NCBI GenBank assembly: GCA_963707025.1
Contig: CAVPOM010000004.1
Span: forward strand, 640,001-704,000
Length of the DNA stretch: 64,000 nt
Direction: 5' to 3'
Source of the DNA: an uncultured Verrucomicrobiae bacterium
GTDB taxonomy: Bacteria > Verrucomicrobiota > Verrucomicrobiia > Limisphaerales > Palsa-1400
In this document: one piece after another, positions 1 through 10,420 of the stretch
Position numbering within the stretch: position 1 is the first letter of the stretch
Layout of the letters: each line of letters begins with the position of its first letter
Program-made: the position numbers and the translations under genes
The notes under the pieces: model-generated
The model's input: the letters and a program-made list of their open reading frames with translations, nothing else
The model's database searches: none
What the model was told of the DNA's origin: nothing

Positions 1-2277
1 TCCGGAGAGCGTGTTCCTGTCAGCGGCCTGCTGATCGCGAAGGCCAGGCAGTTCGCTCAGTATTTGCAGAATGCGGGGTCCCGTGCGTTTGTGAGGCTCC
101 GCGAGGTCCGCCGGCTGGTCGAGCCGCCGGCCGAAACCGTGTCCTTTGTGGTCACCACCGAGCGACCACAGAAGCTGGCTCATCCAATTGAGCGCGAGGA
201 GCCGTTGGCTGCGACATTTCCCGAGGGCGACCACAGGGTGCCGGAGGTGATCAGCCTCCGCCGCGACTTCCCAAATGTGCCACACTTGAACCTCGGGATT
301 AACGAGCTGCCAAAAAGTCTCTGCCTATACGACCAGCCCTACGAGAACGTGAGGCTGACCTGGACCCCAGCCGAGTTTCTCTATCGGATACACTTCTGGC
401 TTTCCGGAACCGCCACAGGAACGCTGCACGGGGAGGATCAGCCACTGGAGCCGCTCCTGGCCGGCTCCGGGTTTCGACTGGTTCTGCCCGCCGACTTCGA
501 CGTATCCAATCCCAACCAAAAGCCACGGCCGTTCAACCTCTTTCGGGTTGAATCCGTGGAGGGCCAGTTCACACTGCGCGCTGTCTGGCAGGCGCCAGGG
601 CAGAAGATTGATTCGGTCGCGGCCGTGTTCCGGTGTCAGCCGCAGCAGCACGGTGTCATCAACCACCAGCCACTAAACCTCCAGCAATTGCAAGAACTCT
701 GCCTCCGCGTCGGTTTGAACATTGCCGAGGAGCTTCGCCAGACTCTCCGCCAATGGTTTCTGGACAAGCCCCAGGAGGACATCCTTCAGGCCAAAATCGT
801 GCTCATCCTGATCCTCCCAAAGACCAGGCATCCGGGAGGACAGGTTGAGTCGGTGGAGACCCGGGCGTTCGTCACGAGGGGGGTCTCCGTGGAAGAGCTG
901 GGGCGGCGCCTCGGGTTGTTCGACCGGCACGGGGGCACCGCAGGGATGATCATCGGCAACCCCAGCATTCCGGGCAAGACGCTGGAAAGCGTGGAGATCT
1001 GTCTGCTCCAGGTTCTCAACGCTCTCTCCCCGGCCAGCGCGGCGGTCCTCAACGGCATTAAGCCCTGCCAGGTTCGCATCGTCGCCATCGGCACCGGGGC
1101 CCTCGGCTCGCAGGTCTATAACAACCTTGCCCGCGCGGGCTATGGAAGGTGGACGCTCATCGACAATGACGTGCTCCTGCCGCACAACTGCGCCCGGCAC
1201 TTCCTTGGAGATTGGGCCGTAGGCACGAACAAGGCCCAAACGATGGCGCAGGTGGGGAAGATCACCCTAAACGATCCCGCCATCGCAGAGTTCATACCCG
1301 CCGACGTTCTCCAGCCGGCGCAACACGCGGAGGCCGTCAATAAGGCCCTGCAAAGCGCGGAATTGGTGCTGGACCTCTCCGCCTCGGTGGCGGTTTCCCG
1401 GCATCTGGCCCAAGTCGAAACCAAGCCGCGCACGTTTTCGGCTTTCCTCGCTCCAAAAGGGGACGGGCTGGTCATCGCGGCCGAGGACAACCAGAGGACA
1501 GTCCGCCTTGATTGGCTGGAGATGCTGCACTACCGGGCGGTTCTGAACGAGCCTGCGCTCGCAGACAGCCTGCAGCCCAAAGAGGCCCGCATCCGCTATG
1601 GAAATTCCTGTCGCGACATCAGCACGGAAATGGCGCAGGACGACACCGCGCTATGGGCCGCAATCGCCAGCAAGGCGGTCAAACAGATGAGGGAGGATGC
1701 CGGCGCGGCGCTGAGGATTTATCGCGCCGACGAACGCGGCCTCACAAGCCTGATTGAACCCAAGGTCTTGGAGGCCAAAACCCTTCGGTTTGGGGACTGG
1801 GTCATTCGCATGGATGGCTGGCTTTTGGAGAAGCTGGCCAGGCTCAGAGACGCCAGATTGCCCAATGAAACCGGGGGAGTCTTGCTTGGCGCATTCGACA
1901 CCTACCAGCGAGCGTGTTCCGTCGTGGACGTCCTTCCCTCTCCTCCCGACAGCACCGAGTGGCCGACCTCCTACATCCGTGGATGTGAAGGCCTGGCCGC
2001 CAAGGTCCAGGAAGCAAAAAGGCTCACCCTGGGCCAGATCAGCTACGTCGGGGAATGGCACTCCCACCCACGAGGCGCCTCCATCCATCCCAGCTCCGAC
2101 GATCTGCGGGCTTACGGATGGCTCACGAGCCATATGCATGCCGAAGCACTGCCCGGCATCATGCTCATCATCGGCGACAGGCGGGAAATCTGCCTCGTTT
2201 CTGCCGAGCCGAGATCACCGAGAACCGGACCGAAGATCAATACCAAAGCCCGGGCCCTGGCTGGTGGCTGTAGTTGA
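1..2277 (+). CDS. Prokaryotic E2-like + ThiF/E1 + JAB/MPN isopeptidase triple-fusion protein (5' end truncated by window edge)
   Basis: Frame is open from base 1. E2-like segment FPNVPHLN...SLCLY (candidate catalytic Cys); ThiF motifs IVAIGTGALGS and LIDNDVLLPHNCARH with downstream Cys in YGNSC; JAB motifs PNETGGVLLG and GEWHSHP...PSSDD. Confidence 0.88.
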   Translation, partial: SGERVPVSGLLIAKARQFAQYLQNAGSRAFVRLREVRRLVEPPAETVSFVVTTERPQKLAHPIEREEPLAATFPEGDHRVPEVISLRRDFPNVPHLNLGINELPKSLCLYDQPYENVRLTWTPAEFLYRIHFWLSGTATGTLHGEDQPLEPLLAGSGFRLVLPADFDVSNPNQKPRPFNLFRVESVEGQFTLRAVWQAPGQKIDSVAAVFRCQPQQHGVINHQPLNLQQLQELCLRVGLNIAEELRQTLRQWFLDKPQEDILQAKIVLILILPKTRHPGGQVESVETRAFVTRGVSVEELGRRLGLFDRHGGTAGMIIGNPSIPGKTLESVEICLLQVLNALSPASAAVLNGIKPCQVRIVAIGTGALGSQVYNNLARAGYGRWTLIDNDVLLPHNCARHFLGDWAVGTNKAQTMAQVGKITLNDPAIAEFIPADVLQPAQHAEAVNKALQSAELVLDLSASVAVSRHLAQVETKPRTFSAFLAPKGDGLVIAAEDNQRTVRLDWLEMLHYRAVLNEPALADSLQPKEARIRYGNSCRDISTEMAQDDTALWAAIASKAVKQMREDAGAALRIYRADERGLTSLIEPKVLEAKTLRFGDWVIRMDGWLLEKLARLRDARLPNETGGVLLGAFDTYQRACSVVDVLPSPPDSTEWPTSYIRGCEGLAAKVQEAKRLTLGQISYVGEWHSHPRGASIHPSSDDLRAYGWLTSHMHAEALPGIMLIIGDRREICLVSAEPRSPRTGPKINTKARALAGGCS

Positions 2278-2583
2278 ACCCCGGCCCCCGCTGTGCATAA
2301 TGGTCCTGTCGTGCATGAAGACCCTACCGTGACGGATAGTGCCGGCGCTGCCGGTGACCTTTGGAGGTCATCTCGCGGCGGATATGGATCTGCTCGCGGG
2401 AGCAATGCTCCCGACGCCCAGCCATCCTCCACGTCTGAGGACATCCGGCGCGTTCGCAGGGTGTTTGCCGCGCGGTCTGATACGGTTAATTGCACAGGGA
2501 GACGATTTCGTCCCCGTCATTCTCCCGAACCCGGCCGATTGGCTGCCGCCCACACACGCCCTATGAACTATTGACCAAATGCT

Positions 2584-5500
2584 ATGCAAAAGGACTCCGG
2601 CCATTTGCTTTTCTCGCCCAGCGACCTCGTCCGTTATCTGGCCTCCCCGTTCGCATCATGGATGGATCGCTACCACCTGGAGAATCCGGGTGCGGTCACT
2701 CCGGACGAGCCAACCGCAGATGAGAAACTTATCGCGCAGACGGGCGATCAGCACGAGCGCACGGTGCTCGATGAATTCAAGTCATCGGCCGCCAGCCCGG
2801 TCGAGATTCCGAAAAACGATCGCGCCGCCGCCCGGAAAATGACGCTTGCGGCCATCCGTGCAAAAGCCCCGATTATTTACCAAGCTGCCTTGGAAAACGG
2901 GCGTTTCACCGGCTTCGCAGACTTTCTCACGCTCGACGCGTCCGGGAGGTATCAGGTTTGGGACACCAAGCTCGCCCGCTCGCCCAGGCCGTATTACGCC
3001 ATTCAGCTTTGCTGCTACTCGGAAATGCTGGCCGCCGCGACCGGCGAGCGGATGCCCCAAAAATTCGGCATTATTCTCGGCAGCAAGGACAGGGTTGAAT
3101 TCCGCGTCGAGGACTTCATCCACTACTACCACCGTATTATGGGGAGCTTCCTCGCCATGCACGACAGCTTCACCGGGAAAATGGCGGAACGCCCGGAGCC
3201 CCTCCCGCGAGCGGACCACGGCCGCTGGACCTCCCACGCGGAGAAGTTCTTCAACGACTCCGACCACATCGTGAGGGTCGCCGGAATCAGTGTAGGCCAA
3301 ATCAAGAAGCTGAAAACGGCCGGCATTGCAACGGTGGCGGGACTTGCCGCAGCCTCGGGCAAGTCGGTTCACAAACTCTCCGGCGACTCGTTGGAAAAAC
3401 TCGTCGCCCAGGCTCGTCTTCAGTGCCAGACGCGCGCCGATCGGATCGAGGACCCAGATGCCACACCGCGATACGAAGTCTTGCCCCACATCGGCATCAA
3501 CAGCGAAGCCGTGGGTCTCGCTGCCCTTCCGCCGGATCATCCGGCCGATGTTTTTTTCGACATGGAGGGCTACCCGTTGGTGTCCGGGGGACTGGAATAC
3601 CTGTTTGGTGTCGGCTCGCGGAACGTGCAGCCGGGTATATTCAACTTCGCGGACTGGTGGGCGCACGACCGCGACGAAGAGAAGCTCGCGTTCGAGGGTT
3701 TCGTGGACTGGGTATTCAATCGGTGGAAACATAACCCCGGGATGCACATCTACCATTACGCCGCCTACGAGGTCATTGCTGTTCGGCGGTTGAGCACCCG
3801 CCACGACACCCGTCAGGAGGAGGTGGACGAGCTTCTCCGGAACAAGGTGTTCGTGGATCTCTACCAAATCGTCCGTCACGGTGTGCGCATCGGCGAGGAC
3901 AGCTACTCCATCAAGACAGTCGAGCGCATTTACCGACCGAAACGCGCCACCGAGGTCGCCACAGCCGCCGAGTCCATCGTTCAATACGCCCGCTGGATCG
4001 AGAGCAAGCAGGCCCGCGATTGGAACATCAGCCCCATCCTCAAGGGCATCCGAGACTACAACGAGGACGATTGCAAATCCACGGCGGAACTGTTGCAGTG
4101 GTTGCGCAAGTTGGCTGGTGAACACAAGATCACCGCTGCACGCCCAGGTTCTGTCTCCACCCCGGCGGCGCCGCCGGTGTTGCCGCCGCAGGTCATCGCG
4201 AGGCAGGACACCGCGATAAAACTCCGCAAGCAGGGCGACTCGGTCGCGGTGGTTCTTGCTGACTTGATTGACTTTCACCGCCGGGAAGAAAAGCCCATGT
4301 GGTGGCGGATGTTTGACCGCGCCGTAGCTACGCCCGAGGATCTCCGCGACGACCCCGGCTGCATCGAAGGCGTCCAGGCCGCAGGGTCTCCCGTGCCCGA
4401 AAAACAATCGTCCGTGCAAACCTACCGCTTCGATCCGTCGCAGGAATGCAAACTTGCCGCGGGCGACAAGTCCAAGGTGATGTTTACCCACAACCTGGAG
4501 GCGAAATTCACACTGGCGAGGCTTGATGCGTCCAAGGGCGAACTGCAACTCAAGATTGGCAACAAAGCGTTGACCGAGAAATTCAGGGGTGCTTTCCCCC
4601 GGCATGGCTCACTGCTTCCGGATGAGTATGTGCCGGCGGCGGCGATCCAGGCGGCGTTGAACGAGGTTGCCGCCCGGCACTTGTCAAAAAGCCTCCACGC
4701 GCCGGTGGCGGCACTCTTGAATCGAGTGCCAACCGCGACGTTGCTGCAAAACGCCGGCGAGTCCGCAGGCAACGCCGCCATCCGCATTACCCGCTTGATG
4801 GCCGGTGGATGCCTTGTGGTCCAAGGCCCGCCAGGAACCGGCAAGACCCACACAGCCTCGCGTGTAATCACCGCGCTTCTCGCTGGGGGCAGGAAGGTCG
4901 GCATCGCCTCCAACAGCCACAAGGCGGTGGTGAATCTTCTCATTGCCTGCGGCGACGCAGCCAGGGAGGGCGGTGGCCTTCTTCGTGGAATCAAGGTCGG
5001 TGGTGACGCCGAAGGGCCGTTGTTTTCGTCCAACCCCGGCGTGAAATTCATCAAAGACACCGGCGACGCGTATTCTGCTTACACGGGTGGCGCCGTAGGT
5101 GGAACGGCCTGGCTCTTTGCCCGGCCCGAATGGGAAGGCGCCCTCGATTTCCTTTTCATTGATGAAGCCGGCCAGGTGTCTCTGGCCAACGCCGTCGCCA
5201 TGGCGCGGTGCGCGAAGAACCTTGTCCTCCTCGGTGACCAGATGCAACTTGAGCAACCCGTGCAGGGCTCCCATCCCGGCGATGCCGGGCTCTCCGCCCT
5301 GCAATACGCTCTCAAGGACACGAACGCCAGCCGGCCCGATTCGCCCGTCTTCCACGCCGTGGTGCCACCGGACCACGGGCTTTTTCTTGGCGAATCGCAC
5401 CGGATGCACCCGTCGGTCTGCCGCTTCATCTCGGAGAGCATTTATGAGGGTCGGCTCGGTTCACATCCCGACTGCGCCAGGCAGAAGATCATTGTCCCGC

Positions 5501-6009
5501 CAGGCACCAACGGCCTCATCACCCGGGAGGCCGGGATTGTCTTCAGCGGCGTCGAGCACGATGGAGACATCCAGCAGAGCGACAAGGAAGTTGAACGGAT
5601 CATGGTGATCTACGGCGAGCTGATGGGGCGCCCCTTCACCGACAAGCATGGCATCACAAGGCCGCTGGCGATCGAGGACTTTCTTTTCATCGCCCCCTAC
5701 AATGCCCAGGTCCGCGCTCTTCAGGCCGCTCTCCCAGTTGCCGCCCGCGTCGGCAGCGTGGATAAGTTTCAAGGGCAGCAAGCCCCCGTCTGCGTTCTTT
5801 CCCTCTGTTCCAGCTATGGCGAATACGGCACTCGCGGGCTTGCCTTCATTCTCGACCGCAACCGGATTAACGTCGCCGTCTCTCGCGCCCAATGCCTCGC
5901 GGTGGTCGTCGCAGACCCGCGCATCGCCAGCGCGGCCGCTGGTTCCATTGACGAAATGATGCTCATCAACCTGTTGTGCAAGCTGACCGGATCATATGCC
6001 GCCAACTGA
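2584..6009 (+). CDS. TM0106-family RecB-like nuclease + RNase H-like domain + SF1 (DNA2/UPF1-like) helicase
   Basis: N-terminal SPSDL; DFL...WDTKLA...IQLCCY (RecB-type PD-(D/E)xK); FFDMEG and YNEDDC (RNase H-like); helicase motifs QGPPGTGKT, FIDEAGQ, LLGDQMQL, RMHP, SVDKFQG, NRINVAVSRA. Confidence 0.9.
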   Translation: MQKDSGHLLFSPSDLVRYLASPFASWMDRYHLENPGAVTPDEPTADEKLIAQTGDQHERTVLDEFKSSAASPVEIPKNDRAAARKMTLAAIRAKAPIIYQAALENGRFTGFADFLTLDASGRYQVWDTKLARSPRPYYAIQLCCYSEMLAAATGERMPQKFGIILGSKDRVEFRVEDFIHYYHRIMGSFLAMHDSFTGKMAERPEPLPRADHGRWTSHAEKFFNDSDHIVRVAGISVGQIKKLKTAGIATVAGLAAASGKSVHKLSGDSLEKLVAQARLQCQTRADRIEDPDATPRYEVLPHIGINSEAVGLAALPPDHPADVFFDMEGYPLVSGGLEYLFGVGSRNVQPGIFNFADWWAHDRDEEKLAFEGFVDWVFNRWKHNPGMHIYHYAAYEVIAVRRLSTRHDTRQEEVDELLRNKVFVDLYQIVRHGVRIGEDSYSIKTVERIYRPKRATEVATAAESIVQYARWIESKQARDWNISPILKGIRDYNEDDCKSTAELLQWLRKLAGEHKITAARPGSVSTPAAPPVLPPQVIARQDTAIKLRKQGDSVAVVLADLIDFHRREEKPMWWRMFDRAVATPEDLRDDPGCIEGVQAAGSPVPEKQSSVQTYRFDPSQECKLAAGDKSKVMFTHNLEAKFTLARLDASKGELQLKIGNKALTEKFRGAFPRHGSLLPDEYVPAAAIQAALNEVAARHLSKSLHAPVAALLNRVPTATLLQNAGESAGNAAIRITRLMAGGCLVVQGPPGTGKTHTASRVITALLAGGRKVGIASNSHKAVVNLLIACGDAAREGGGLLRGIKVGGDAEGPLFSSNPGVKFIKDTGDAYSAYTGGAVGGTAWLFARPEWEGALDFLFIDEAGQVSLANAVAMARCAKNLVLLGDQMQLEQPVQGSHPGDAGLSALQYALKDTNASRPDSPVFHAVVPPDHGLFLGESHRMHPSVCRFISESIYEGRLGSHPDCARQKIIVPPGTNGLITREAGIVFSGVEHDGDIQQSDKEVERIMVIYGELMGRPFTDKHGITRPLAIEDFLFIAPYNAQVRALQAALPVAARVGSVDKFQGQQAPVCVLSLCSSYGEYGTRGLAFILDRNRINVAVSRAQCLAVVVADPRIASAAAGSIDEMMLINLLCKLTGSYAAN

Positions 6010-6420
6010 TAGAGATTCGGCGCGGCGGCCGGTACTTGGATACTGTGTTTCAAGGAGAGGTGCTCAGACCAGTCCAGATCGGCGCAGTCTTTCGCCGGCC
6101 CGGATAAAAACTATGCGTGCGCCAAGCGCAATGGCGCAGGCGGTGGATGCCATTCCGCAAGGCCCACACCCGGGACGCGGTCGGGACGGATTGCCGGAGC
6201 AACACGGAGATATTCAAATGGTTCCGGCTGTTCATTCCCCAGACTGATCCCTGGGAGTGAGCGGTTTTTCTAGGCCCATCGCATGTATAAATGGGGACTT
6301 TGAATGAAGCGGCCCGATGAAAAGCAATCGAATATCTCGAATGAAAAATCGCAACAAGCCAAGAGGTGGAATTCTGCAATCGCAGTGATACACGGTGAAC
6401 GCGGTCGCGGCAAAGCTGGG

Positions 6421-7270
6421 GTGGGTCGCTCTTAAAAGGCAATCGAGGTTACCCTCTAGGGCCACGCGTGGAAAGTGTACCCGATGAAGTGCCGCAACAA
6501 GACACTTTACCGTGTCGTCCACCAAGTGAATAGCGAACGGCGCCCCAAAAATTTTAGCTTGCTGGCTGATGCCAAAGCTGACGCCAAGAATCTCATCAAG
6601 GAAATTTACACTCAAGGTGACAGCAAAATCCACCTGGCCGCCGATGAAAAGCTCGATTGGCAGGCTGCAATGAATGTTTTGAAACGAGCGGGCATCCGGT
6701 AAAGCCTTGAGACGATTTGCCGCCAGTATGCCGATCTGTGCGCCGCCGCAGGCGGGGCCGGACTCTTGACCGACATCGTGCGCAAGCATGTCTCCAGCGG
6801 CCCGGCGAAACACACGCCGATCCAGCTTGGCAGGCTCAAAGTTATCTTCAATTCGACGATGGAGAGCGAGGGCCGTTCGACGAGGTATGTCCAAGTGCTA
6901 AAATCCTATTGTGGAACTTTCGTGCGGGAGATCGGGCCGGACACCATGACTGACCAAATCACGCGTGAGATGATCCAAGAGTTTTTGAATGACCGGAAGG
7001 TTTGCCCCCGTGGAAAACTCAACTTTGCGAGGGCTATTCGTGTCATGTCGGTTTTCGGCAAACGTCAGCGGTGTGTGCCAGAGGATTGGGCGGAAATCGA
7101 CCACCTGACCCTGCCCTTGGTCAAGGAGGGAACGGTGCTGACCTATTCGCCTGATGACCTAAAAAGGCTGCTGGCCGCCTCTCCTGACACGTTTATTCCA
7201 TGCCTCGCCCTGGCCGCTTTTGCGGGAATGCGGTCGGCAGAAATTGAGCGCATTGGATGGGACAATATGC
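6421..7270 (+). pseudogene. Degraded tyrosine recombinase/integrase
   Basis: ORFs 6475-6702 and 6766-7440 share one frame, broken by in-frame stops at 6433, 6457 and 6700. Box I LALAAFAGMRSAEIERIGWD is present; similarity stops near 7270, with no HxxR or catalytic Tyr. Confidence 0.75.
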
Positions 7271-7451
7271 CCGCGCTACGGCAGCGACATGATGCCCCTT
7301 GCGCTGAAGTTTTTCCTGCAAGTGCCATGATGGCAGTGGCGGCGGCGCAATTCACGCCAACCTCGAAACCCTGGATGCAGGGATTGAGCCGACTTGGCGC
7401 TGCGCGTGGTTGGTGGTCGAGGCGGGTGTCGTTGCCCTGATGCTCGCCTTG

Positions 7452-8056
7452 GAACGTCCCTGCCTGAGCGCGGCCGCCCTGGACTTGCTGGCGGGCGCCA
7501 GCAATGGCAATCCACGCCTGCTCAATCTTCTGGCCCGCGCCGCCTGGATCGCCGCTGCCCAAGCCGGCGTTAACACGATCGGTCTCGAACAAGTGCAAAC
7601 CGCTCTGAATTTGGTTCCGGCCGCACGCGACAAAATCAACCCCTAATCAACCTGACTGATGAAACCGGACCTTTCCGTTCTGGAGAAACCTCAAACCTCC
7701 TATGACCTAGTGGCCAACGTCCTGGGCCAGGCGCCGCAGATTTCGATCTTCATCTGGACCAAGCTTTGTTGGTCTTGGTTTTGGCGATGAAACGAGCCCG
7801 GCGTTCCCCAAAGTTACATGCTCCCAAGCGGGCAGACAATCGCGAACAACAACTGCCCTTCTAATCCAGCGGCCACTCCGTAGCCCGGTCAGGCCCGGGT
7901 CTGACCGAGCTACGAATCAAATCGCCACCACCCACGAAATAATCCGCAGCTACACCACCCGTTTCCACGAATTAATCATCCACAAGCCACACGGCAAAGT
8001 CAGCCGCGCCACACGAATGTCCGCGGTGCAAACCCCCGTTCACGGTGTGCTAAACA
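7452..8056 (+). mobile_element. Transposon remnant: C-terminal fragment of an ExeA/TniB-like AAA ATPase plus a probable element end
   Basis: 7452-7646 encodes ...SAAALDLLAGASNGNPRLLNLLARAAWIAAA (GxPRxxN, ExeA-like). Near-identical 13-mers CCACGAAWTAATC-like at 7932 and 7965. The segment ends in ...GTGTGCTAAACA at 8056 (TGT terminus on the minus strand). Confidence 0.5.
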
Positions 8057-8782
8057 TCTTCAACGCCCGCTCCCCCCGCAGATGGCGCCAAGAGGGCATC
8101 GGCAGCCCTTGATGGCACACCGGATCTGCACAGCCCGGCTTGAGGTGCTAACGAGTGCGCGCCTTCGGTCATGTGGCGCAAGTCCACAGTATTCCGCTAG
8201 ACTTTTCAGGCGGCCACCCACTTCAAGCCAAGAGCGAACCAGCCAATGTCCCCAATTGGAGACACCCTTATGAATGCTGGGACCATTCCCGCACATGCGA
8301 ACAACAGCAGGAGTAGAGACGATCCCGCGGCATGCGAACCGTAATCAAGGGCAGCCCCCCAAACTTCGCTCAATTTAACGAAGACGGCGGCGGATGTGGA
8401 CCCCGGCACCTGCGGGGAAGCGTGGCAAGGACTCAGGATGCGGATTACCAGCCACCAAGTTCATGTTTCACGCAGGTGTACCACCCCAGATGGATAAACA
8501 AATTCAACTCCCGATTACCCCATCTAACCGCGCAAGGATCAAGTACGTCAAGTGAGCAAAAATAGCCAATGGGCTCCGCCGGATATTTCGGACCAATTCG
8601 AGATCACAGGGGTACCCAATCCCAGACTGCCGGGTGAATTCGGTTTTCTGTGCGTGGAATATGGCGCACCGGCATGAGATCGGTCCGACCACCCAGCGAG
8701 GGGCGGTCCAAGAGAAGTTCCAAGAGCAGAGGGCCTCTACAATCAAGACCGAAAATACGCCGAAAATAATTAAACCTACAAT

Positions 8783-8989
8783 GTGACCGTGAAAAAATTC
8801 GATATAGCCAAGTGGTTAGGCGCAGCCGATGCTGGCCGCTATCTGGGCTATAGTCGAGACTGGGTGGAGCGCCGGGCGCTGGAATGGCAGGATAAGCCGG
8901 CACCAGACCGTATCCGCTACAAAAAAGCCCGTTCAGACGGACGGCGCCGGTACTTCGTCCCCGACCTTGAGGCCCAGCTTTGTGAATAA
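8783..8989 (+). CDS. Small HTH protein, excisionase/recombination directionality factor-like
   Basis: 68 aa, basic; WLGAADAGRYLGYSRDWVERR HTH and GRRRYF wing; lies beside an integrase. Confidence 0.65.
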   Translation: MTVKKFDIAKWLGAADAGRYLGYSRDWVERRALEWQDKPAPDRIRYKKARSDGRRRYFVPDLEAQLCE

Positions 8990-10186
8990 TTTTGCCCAGG
9001 CGTAGTCCTTCTTTTCCGCGGGCAGCCACTTCAGCTTCGGACCTTTTCCATGCAACCAGTGTTGCGGTATGACCCCGTAAGATTCCCGCAACGTCTCCAG
9101 TCCTCCCACCTGATTCAATTCTGCCGCGGTTTGGCTGTCATGGACTCCATTGCTACGGTTTACCAAAACGTAAAACCCCCGGCCGCCGTGTGATGTCAGT
9201 TTCTTGGTCAGCCGTCCGTCCTTGAACATCAATTCCAGCCGCTGCGTCAGGACCCCCTCCCCGACATGATCTGAGCTTCCGCGGCCCCCTGGAAAATACC
9301 AAGGGGTATCTGGGTACCGTTTTTTTGACCAAGCGTCCATTGCTGCGAGCAGCACTTGCCCGTCTGGATGCAAATAAATGCACGGGTTGTCCGCGTTTTT
9401 CTCCGCGCGTCGGACATACATGGAGTCCCCTTGGATGAAGCCGGGCTGTTCAGTGTCCTTTGCGTCGCGGCGCAGGGCCAGGGTTTCCCCAGTCCTCGTG
9501 CCAAAGAAATTCTCCCAAAGGAATTGCCAGCCAATCACCTCGCTGCGCTTATCCTCAAACAGCAGACCAGCGACGGTATGCACCTCCTCAGTGGAACTGC
9601 ACGCGACCTCTTTGGTTTTCCGGGCTTCGCTCGGGCTGTAATACCGGTCCCGTTTGGAAATAGGATTGACGATCAGCTTTTCCTGCCGCACGTTCCAATC
9701 CAACGCTTTCGAGAGGGTATTCAGTTCGAGGTCGGTAGTCCGGGCTCCGCCTGATCCCGCCTTGACGTTTTTCTTTCGCCAGGCGTGGTATTTATCCAAC
9801 AGGGCCGGGGCAAGTTCATCAACATATTTCCCTTCAAAAAACTCCTCGAGGCGAGGGACGGCATCTGCCTCGGTACGGCTGTGCTTCTCGCCAGGCTTTC
9901 GCATCTTGCCGCGCCGGATCGAAGCGAACTCGGCCTCTTCGTATGTTGACAGCGCGTCCGTGATCTTCAACCTGGGCAACTTCTCTTTCGCTGGCTCGAC
10001 CCCAAGTTTCGCTTCAGATTGTTTCCGTTCGTAGGCGTTTCGGAGGTCAGTGGCGATCGCCTTCCGCGTGGTCTCCAACGATTGATACGTATCTCTGCCG
10101 TCGGTGCAAATCCGGATGTAAAACATTTTGGAGCCAGTGTGCTGGTAAAGCATCCGCTCCCCGGAGACCTTGATGAGCTTTTTCAT
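8933..10186 (-). CDS. Tyrosine recombinase / island integrase
   Basis: 417 aa; N-terminal arm-binding-like region; GTRTGETLAL (Arg), SHGGR (HxxR), ESYG (Tyr); immediately downstream of a tRNA 3' end. Confidence 0.85.
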   Translation of the reverse strand: MKKLIKVSGERMLYQHTGSKMFYIRICTDGRDTYQSLETTRKAIATDLRNAYERKQSEAKLGVEPAKEKLPRLKITDALSTYEEAEFASIRRGKMRKPGEKHSRTEADAVPRLEEFFEGKYVDELAPALLDKYHAWRKKNVKAGSGGARTTDLELNTLSKALDWNVRQEKLIVNPISKRDRYYSPSEARKTKEVACSSTEEVHTVAGLLFEDKRSEVIGWQFLWENFFGTRTGETLALRRDAKDTEQPGFIQGDSMYVRRAEKNADNPCIYLHPDGQVLLAAMDAWSKKRYPDTPWYFPGGRGSSDHVGEGVLTQRLELMFKDGRLTKKLTSHGGRGFYVLVNRSNGVHDSQTAAELNQVGGLETLRESYGVIPQHWLHGKGPKLKWLPAEKKDYAWAKLFTKLGLKVGDEVPAPSV

Positions 10187-10331
10187 GCGTCGTGTTTTAT
10201 GGACGGGTATTATACGGGTATTTTAGCTTTTCGTCAACGCTTTATGTTCGGCAGGGTTCCAGCTTTGCTTCAGGTCTGTTACTTAAACACCATGTTTACA
10301 AGTGGTTATGATGTGTATATTCCCGCGGAAG

Positions 10332-10409
10332 TGGTGCACACCAGATGGAGTTGAACCATCAACCTTCTGATCCGTAGTCAGATGCTCTATCCAATTGAGC
10401 TATGGGTGC
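10332..10409 (-). tRNA. tRNA-Arg (anticodon ACG), CCA encoded
   Basis: Reverse complement reads GCACCCA-TA-GCTC...GAGC-A-TCTGA-CTACGGA-TCAGA-AGGTT-GATGG-TTCAACT-CCATC-TGGTGTGC-ACCA. The acceptor 3' strand has one extra base. Confidence 0.95.
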
Positions 10410-10420
10410 AATACCCTGAT

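Larger units (their letters stand above)
1..10331. mobile_element. Terminal part of a tRNA-Arg-anchored genomic (defence) island
   Basis: Integrase next to and co-oriented with the tRNA 3' end, Xis-like gene, integrase and transposon debris, defence-type cargo, visibly lower GC than core genes. The other boundary lies outside the window. Confidence 0.75.

Noticed and set aside
2293..2574. Small ORFs between E2-E1-JAB and the helicase as a ubiquitin-like modifier
   Set aside because: No beta-grasp-like pattern or C-terminal Gly motif; cannot be supported.
8060..8780. Short ORFs or ncRNA in the island spacer
   Set aside because: No recognisable protein motif or stable structure; probably decayed DNA.
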